This document shows, in pieces, positions 56,835 through 64,000 of a stretch of DNA of 64,000 nucleotides (the first letter of the stretch is position 1; each line of letters starts with the position of its first letter). The stretch comes from Octopus vulgaris (lineage: Eukaryota): positions 17,732,001-17,796,000 of the forward strand of contig OX597825.1 in assembly GCA_951406725.2 (NCBI GenBank). Direction: 5' to 3'. The notes beneath the pieces were generated by a model, which saw only the letters and a list, made by a program, of their open reading frames with translations, was not told the DNA's origin and ran no database searches. The translations under genes were made by a program, and so were the position numbers.

Positions 56835-57155
56835 AAGAAGCTTGGTCTAGCGGTCAGGATAATCACCTTACGATCGTAATGACGTGAGTTCAGTTCTCGG
56901 CAACGCATTGTGTCCTTGAGCAAGACACTTTATTTAACGATGCTTCAGCTGACTCAGCTGACAAAAATTAGTAGTACCTTTATTTCAAAGGGCCAGCGTT
57001 TTCACACTTTGTATCGCGCTGAAACTCCCCGAGGACTACGTTAAGGGTAGACGTGTTTCTGAAGTATTCAGCCACTTGCAGATTAATTTCACGTGCTGGC
57101 TGTTCCGTTGATCGGATCTATTGGAATCCTCGTCGTCGTAACCGACGGAGTGTCA
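56835..57155 (+). mobile_element. Chimeric SINE: D-like head/body with family A tail type 1 (intronic)
   Basis: GTGTCCTTGAGCAAGACACTTTATTT body, then TATTTCAAAGGGCC...CGTCGTAACCGACGGAGTG as in 40398-40570. Confidence 0.85.
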
Positions 57156-58344
57156 TCATAGCAGCGAATTGTTAGAGTGGCTTTTGATCCGATGCTATGT
57201 ACTCTGAATTCAAATCCAACCGATATCACCTCTCCCTTACATTCTTTCAGAATTTACAAAAATCAAGTAACTGTCAAAGAACTGAGGGTCGATGGAATAG
57301 GCTACATCACTTCCTAAATATTTCTGGTTTAGTGTCCTTAATTAATAGTCATTATTCAACGGAGTAACTGAAGGTAAAGTGTGTTATTTAAAGTGAAGTT
57401 TGTTTAAAGAACACCAGTCATTATTATTGAGCTCATACATAGCACACTTCTAACTCCAATCCACCATAGTAATATACTGCTTTTTTTTAAAGAAGTCATT
57501 CCGATCCCAAGTCTTTAACTTTGCATAAACTCCCAGACTGGCGATATGGATATCATTGATAACCGATCTAAATATCTACAGGCGAAAGTCTACTACATAC
57601 TGCCATGATCAGTGGCATGATGCATACAGTGGCATGATCAATGGTATGATGCATACTAAGTCACGTGACACATGATCGGTACATTGGTATGTATGATCAG
57701 TTTTATCCTCTGTGATACCCGTATAATATAAACTATGAATAGTACCGGAAATATGCAGTTATATTCATTAACATAAGACATGATAAAGAGTGTTGCATGA
57801 TTGATAGTATGATACGTTATGAATAACATGAAGTAGGAAAAACATGTCAATGATTAATAGAGAGGTGTATTTATTGTTAGTAATATATGCACATTCTTTA
57901 GTTTGATGTAAAGTCGGTAGTATGATATATAATCACTAGACTGATGTATGATCTAGAGTAGGATATGTAGTCATAGTTTAAGTGTATGATCATTGAAATA
58001 TGACAGAGTGAACGTCTAATCTTTTACGATATGAATGCTAAAAAAATTATTATAGTCTTTCATATTAAACTGTATACGGCAATTTTAATTATATTTTAAA
58101 ATGAATTTTACATGAAACAAACATTATAATAAAACAGATATATACATGATTGAAACAATTCAGATTCGAAGCGATTCTGTAAGTATTTTTGTATGGACTT
58201 GAATATATATTTGTATTAATTTAATGATGTACTGATATGAAATAGAGTATTTTACGTTCGTTTATATTCATTGAAATTTTAGTGAAAAGTAGTTTGAATA
58301 TGAACATCTTTTGGTATCATTACATGCAAGAAAAACGTACGTAC

Positions 58345-58527
58345 CACCAAGTCGATGAGGTGATCTGGTGTCATCTGGCGGCGTTGGTATGTCAGATCTT
58401 ATATCCGTGCGTGGCGGATAATTCGATTTCCCATTTTTCCTAATTGTAGAATTTTTTTTCTTATCATGATTATGCTTTACATATCCACCTCTAGGTGATG
58501 AAATTTGTTCTTTCTCTGCAGTTGCAT
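58345..58527 (-). CDS. Internal stalk exon of the lachesin/IgLON-like gene
   Basis: tttcattaaatAG acceptor, GTACGT donor, 183 bp, phase 1-1, open frame: DATAEKEQISSPRGGYVKHNHDKKKNSTIRKNGKSNYPPRTDIRSDIPTPPDDTRSPHRLG(G). Links the flanking exons in frame. Confidence 0.78.
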
Positions 58528-58577
58528 CTATTTAATGAAAGAATATTAAAAACACTTATTGAAACAAGTATGTGGAT

Positions 58578-58614
<37 letters not shown>

Positions 58615-59660
58615 GAATTTGAAATATATGAAAAGCATAGCTAACAAATACGTCAACGTAAATTATAGAAAATGATATGAACATAACAAAAATATTTACT
58701 TTCAATATATTTACTTTCAATATATATATCAATGATTCTAATGATATCATTAAGTGAAATATATATGTTTAAGAATACTTGGGTATCTGTTCGCTGGTTA
58801 TTAAATGTTGTATATTGTCAAAACAGATAAGACTGTAAAACATATTGTATACATTTATTCAAATTTTGAATCAACTGAATGTAGTTGGAAAGTAACCCTA
58901 AATTTTAGTGCAACTTCAAACATATATTAGGCTGTTCACAGCTTAAGAACCATGTGGTTAAAACTGGAATAAGTTTCTAAACAATTGACATACAGTTATG
59001 TATCAGTTAAATGCGACGATTGAAATTACAGAATCAATATAATGAGAAAGTATAAGAAAAGAGAAGATGTTTCTTTACGATTCTAATGGATAAATGGCAT
59101 CTAATTATTCTATTTATTTGATACAAATTAACGACAATGTACAATAAGATTCATGAGGGTAGAATCCGAGAAGAATAAAGTTCCAATGATGATCCAGGTG
59201 GAGTGGTGGTAAAGTGGTCGGTTCAGGAGAGGTAGCAATTGTCCAAGAAGAAGGTAGGAAGCAAGTTGAGAGTCCAAAAGAGGAGGAGGTTCAGTTAAGC
59301 ACGATCAAATTTCGGTGATTACGTGAACGCATGTCATATATGGCTCAAAACAATTCAAAAAAGAAAAACAAAACAAAAACAAAAAAGACAGGTGATGGAA
59401 CAAGAAACTAGGTGTATTAGTTTGACGCTCAGGAAAAACGGACACATCTCTGAAGTTTCGATTTCTTTTCTCGTTTCTTTATTCCTTTCTAAAACTAATA
59501 CACCTTGATTGTTGTTCCCATTTGAACGACATTCTATTTATTCTATGACAAATATGAAAGCTACTCGTTATATCTTTTAGTTCCGATCCCTTTTTTTAAA
59601 TGAAATTATCAATTTGTGTTAATAATGAAATAGTAAAAGGGCAATACAAACATCACTTAC

Positions 59661-59948
59661 CATACAGAATCATAGTTTCTTGATCTTCGCCTAATATATT
59701 CGAAGCCACACATGTGTATTCTCCAAAATCATCTTTGTTCAAGTCAATAATGCGAATGCTAAGTGTATAGGAATTTCCAGATTCATCGTAAGGTTCAATC
59801 CGATATTTCCAAGATTTCTTTAGTGTAATTCCATTTCTTTCCCATGACATACCTCCTAAAGGCACGGCAGTTATCATGCAATCCAAAATAGTTTCTTTCC
59901 CTCGGATTTGTCCCATTCGCTTAATTGGTAAGCGTACGTCAGGTAGAA
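59661..59948 (-). CDS. Ig I-set domain exon of a lachesin/IgLON-like cell adhesion protein (membrane-proximal Ig)
   Basis: ttgtctttgcAG acceptor, GTAAGT donor, 288 bp, phase 1-1. LDC...W...YTLSIRIIDLNKDDFGEYTCVASNILG carries the Ig Cys, Trp and DxGxYxC signature and resembles lachesin Ig3. Confidence 0.92.
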
Positions 59949-60697
59949 CTGCAAAGACAAACAAAGAAATTCCTATTAAACGTCAGCTTTGATCGAGCTT
60001 ACAGCCCCACAGAAAAGGGAGTGTGATCAGGCCTTTGAAAGGAAGCGTACCAAGTAAGAGAACCTTCTGCAGGGTTACAGTTTGGTTGCAGAGGATTCCC
60101 TGCCAGTCGGTTCTGAAGATGTTTGGAACTAATAAAATGAGACGAAAAGAGCAAACATGGAAGATACAGCAGGAAGAGGCTATTGCTGATTATGGAGCAA
60201 GTGAGAGGAGTTAAGATGGAAGCCAGGAGAAGAAGATAAGCAGTGATTTGGACTCCTCTGATGACTCTCGAACGGGAAGGTGAAACACCCAATAATCTTT
60301 GGAGACTGACTGATGACGTCAATTCTTCATGGATAAAATTCCATTCACTTCGGTGAGAGGAAACGAAGGATCTCCTTCCTGCTGTTATAAATAATATATA
60401 TTCGTATTCAGACTGCATTAAATAAGTTTAAATATGTAGTTTTCTAATAATATTCCGTATTTTGACATTACATATGTCCACTTTTCTATTTGAATACAGG
60501 TATCAAATACAAAATACATTCAATCGTCATTCGTTACCTTTGGGATATTGTGAGGCAATTCAGAAAAGAAGATGACATCATCTGTTCCGTTTGTGATATA
60601 GAACATCCGACTGAATACAATCATAAATGTGAATATGTGTGTGGGAGTTTGTGTGTGTATGAGTGTATGCATGTATATATATATATATATATATATA

Positions 60698-60903
60698 TTT
60701 CAAAATGTGATCGTGTGTACCGTTGGCGATTTTTTTTCCTCTGTCTTCCCTTCTCTGGACCTTTCCTTCTCCTACGAAGAGCTCCGACGAAGAGCTCCGC
60801 TCGAAACGTTAGACCCTCCTTCTTTCCTTTTTTCCTGAGCGTCCATTTGTTCCACGTCCTCGCGTTGTTGTGTTTTTTTTGTGTTTTCTTGTTTGCATTA
60901 ACT
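60698..60903 (+). mobile_element. ~200 bp cassette with a minimal hammerhead variant between microsatellites (intronic, antisense to gene)
   Basis: CCGACGA-A-GAGC.TCC.GCTC-GAAA-CG-TT-AGA at 60784-60813, preceded by a 13 bp local duplication; (TA)n on both sides. Confidence 0.55.
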
Positions 60904-60922
60904 ATATATATATATGTGTGTA

Positions 60923-60970
<48 letters not shown>

Positions 60971-60990
60971 TGTGTGTTTGTGTGTATAGT

Positions 60991-61171
60991 GTCCTAAAGG
61001 AATGCAGACACTAGCTTGCAGCCCCTCTAACCCACATCTGGAGAAACTACAGTGAGCTATCGCCCAATCTCACCCAACTCTCGTGTCATCAAAGTCGTTG
61101 AAAGGGTGGTGAGATCAAGGACAGTTGGCTTCCTGGAGAGACAACATTTTCTACGTTGAAACCAGCATGGC
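60991..61171 (+). pseudogene. LINE reverse-transcriptase fragment (CR1/Jockey-like)
   Basis: VLKECRH*LAAPLTHIW and SYRPISPNSRVIKVVERVVRSRTVGFLERQHFLR*NQHG match the LKEC..LA.PL and YRPISL..K..E..QHGF motifs. Confidence 0.85.
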
Positions 61172-61181
61172 TAATATATAA

Positions 61182-62123
61182 TCTTTTACTTGTTTCTGTT
61201 ATTAGACGGCGACCTCACTGGAGCACCTTCTTCAATCGTTTAGTCACACAGATCGTCTCAACTACATACCATTTTATTTCTAAACCTTGTACTTCTACCG
61301 GACTCTTTTTGAGGAACTACCAAGGCGCTGATTTAAGCGGACTGCTAGTATGGTGGTGGTGGTGGTGGTGGGGGCATGCACAAACATAGACACTGGAAAC
61401 CTTAGATTTATATTTACAATTATACATATACACAAAAGCACACGAACCCACACAAAGGCACACACCCTCACACATATTTATATAAATATTTACATATATA
61501 TACAGAAAAATCTGTATGTTACTCTGTGAATGTCTGTATTATTGGATAATAATTTGCTCGCAAAGGAAACGTCGTCACCTCAAGCAAATTTCATTAACGG
61601 TGCGCAAGAAGTGAAATAAAAGCTGATAGATAAACAAAATTATAACGGAACGCATTCGTCGTAATATTGTTCCTGTATAAACATCGCCATCGTAAGACGT
61701 AGATGTTTTTGTTCACACACCGGATTCTTAAACGATTGTTATTATTTGTATCATGCTGGATTAGGTTTAAATGTATTTGTATCATACTGGACTAGGTTTA
61801 AATATGTCGACGCTGTGTAATAGGCATAAAATTATTATAATTTCCAGACTCAACCAGGAATATAACTATTTGTCAACATACTTTCCATGTGATATGTCTT
61901 ATCATTCATTTTTTTCCATGCATCGGTCCTTTCGCTGCGATCATACTGGGGCACCTACTTGAAGGTGGTTTTAGTCGAAGGAATTGATCTCTTGTAAACC
62001 TGGTACATATTGTATTGCTTTCTTATGACGAATCGCTAACTTATGCGGACGTAAACAAACCTACACTCTGTGGCAAGCGATGGTGAGGTGAAAGCAACAA
62101 TACAGAGGCTCTCACACATAGCT

Positions 62124-62183
<60 letters not shown>

Positions 62184-62292
62184 AGAAAATTCACAAACAA
62201 AAAAGACGGAGACAGGTGCAGGTGGTGTAGACAACAAACAGTTGTATTAGTATAACGCTCGGGAAGTGAAAAAAATTTTAACGTTTCGAGCC

Positions 62293-62383
<91 letters not shown>

Positions 62384-62600
62384 GAAGGTGATGGAGAATA
62401 AGGATAATAGCAAAACGAAAAAGGAGGACAAAAAGAAGTAGAGGAAGAAGAGGATCCAAGACTGCAGCTCATACAAAGTGACGAACTGTGGAATACCCTG
62501 TCTGATAAACGGCAACCAAACCTGCTCACCGCGACATATGCAGGTCGGGCTTCTTACAGTTTCTTTCTAACAAATCCACTCACAAGGTGACACGCAGTGA
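61182..62600 (-). mobile_element. Two old SINE family B fragments (61182-61392; 61910-62600, the latter with nested insertions)
   Basis: Reverse matches to the family B tail and to CAAATCCACTCACAAGG. Confidence 0.6.
62184..62292 (-). mobile_element. Truncated copy of the 19451-19636 hammerhead cassette
   Basis: Minus strand AGGCTCGAAACGTTAAAA...CCCGAGCGTTATACTAATACAACTGTTTGTT; the 5' half of the ribozyme is replaced by (TA)n. Confidence 0.8.
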
Positions 62601-63110
62601 GATTAAACAGTCGAGAGGCCCCGTTGTAAGGAAGCAAAGTTTACCACAGAGGAATCCCTGCGCCCGTATAGTTCATTTATATATGTAGTTACATGTGTTA
62701 TTGTTATAAATATATAAACACTCAAATATATACATTCATGTGAATGTATATACTTTTTTTGTGTCCATTGCAAAACACTTAACATTTCAAATTAGTTCAA
62801 GGTTCCTTATGCTCTACACATCATTGATCTGCATCCTTTGCTCTCCAGAGAGGAAATTCTACTTGGTACTTTGCCTGGAAAGGAAACAGATTTGAACATT
62901 CGCCAGATCTGTCGAAACGGAAATCAAATGATATTTACTGTGATTTATCAACATTAATTTACCTAACACAAGTATTCTTATCTGAGATACTATGTTTATT
63001 TTCGTATAAACGAATTACAATAACCCTTTAAATATCGTTTCCCGAGTGCTTCATTCACACTCAATAGGTTGTACGTCTCACGTTTTCCATATAGTGGACT
63101 TAGGTGATGG

Positions 63111-63409
63111 TGGAAGCACATGGCCTAGTGGTTAGAGCAGCGGACACGCGGTCGAGGGATCGTGAGTTCGAATCTCAGACCGGGCGATGTGTGTATTTAT
63201 GAGCGAAATACCTAAGCTCCACACGGCTCCGGGAGAAGTTAATGGCGAACTTCTGCTGACTCTTTCGCCACAAATTTGTCTCACTCTTTCCTCCTGCATC
63301 TTACAGCTCACCTGCGACGGACCGGCGTCCCGTCCAGGTGGGGAACCTACACGCCAAGGAAACCGGGAAACCGGCCATTATGAGCCAGAAATGGCTTGAG
63401 AAGGAACAA
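63111..63409 (+). mobile_element. SINE with A-related head and tail type 2, 13 bp TSD
   Basis: TSD ACTTAGGTGATGG at 63098-63110 and 63410-63422. Confidence 0.93.
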
Positions 63410-63696
63410 ACTTAGGTGATGGGTGTAATCTTAACATTTGGCTACGTCTTAAGCATTGTATTACATTTCTCCAATGATTTAATCATTTCTCCAGTATTAT
63501 TAAATCTTTAATCTATTAATCTATAATCCCTATCACCGTCATCAGTATCACTTCATCTCATCAGCATCACTCTATCTCGAACCTCACAATGACATTTCTA
63601 TATAGGCTGCATACATCTAACCGTACCGGCGGGAAATACATTATCCCTGATCGTAGATATCCCAATAACAGCTTCTTCAGCTAACTTCATAAGCAT

Positions 63697-63859
63697 GTAG
63701 GAATGGCTGTGTGGTAAGTAGCTTGCTTACCAACCACATGGTTCCAGGTTCAGTCCCATTGCGTGGCACCTTGATGTAGTCTCTTCTACTATAGTAGCCT
63801 CGGGCTGCCCAAAGCCTTGTGAGTGGATTTGGTAGACGGAAACTGAAAGAAGCCCCTCG

Positions 63860-63914
<55 letters not shown>

Positions 63915-64000
63915 CTATGTGTGTGTGTGTGTATGTTTGTGTGTCTGTTTGTTCCCCCAACATCGCTTGACAACCGATACTGGTGTTTTTACGTCCACGT
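63697..64000 (+). mobile_element. SINE family B (cut by window edge)
   Basis: Matches 991-1260. Confidence 0.9.

Noticed and set aside
59140-59345. Possible extra exon (TSPEPTTLPP-like frame on the minus strand)
   Set aside because: No good acceptor (GAG) and stops in all frames after it; more likely a retroelement relic, as is 60000-60390.

Overview
AT-rich eukaryotic DNA dense in microsatellites and SINEs. The repeat landscape looks like an octopus/coleoid cephalopod genome (inference from SINE families and composition). Nearly all ORFs in the supplied track are (TA)n/(CA)n/(TCTA)n artefacts or SINE read-through. The one supportable host gene is the 3' part of a minus-strand lachesin/IgLON-like Ig-superfamily gene. 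It has three phase-compatible exons: an Ig domain (59661-59948), a stalk (58345-58527) and a GPI-type C-terminus (56046-56161); its 5' exons probably lie beyond the window. The rest is at least four tRNA-derived SINE families with swapped heads and tails, three Tc1/mariner deletion derivatives, LINE and possible Penelope relics, and tandem repeats. The most interesting signal is a dispersed set of type I hammerhead ribozyme motifs (CUGANGA - stem II - GAAA - short, often palindromic stem III - NUH). The best are at 1808-1865 (+), 4282-4368 (-) and 23771-23925 (+), with about ten further variant or decayed copies. Several sit in short non-coding cassettes wedged into microsatellites, resembling Penelope-like element pLTRs or retrozymes. 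All folds were done by eye.
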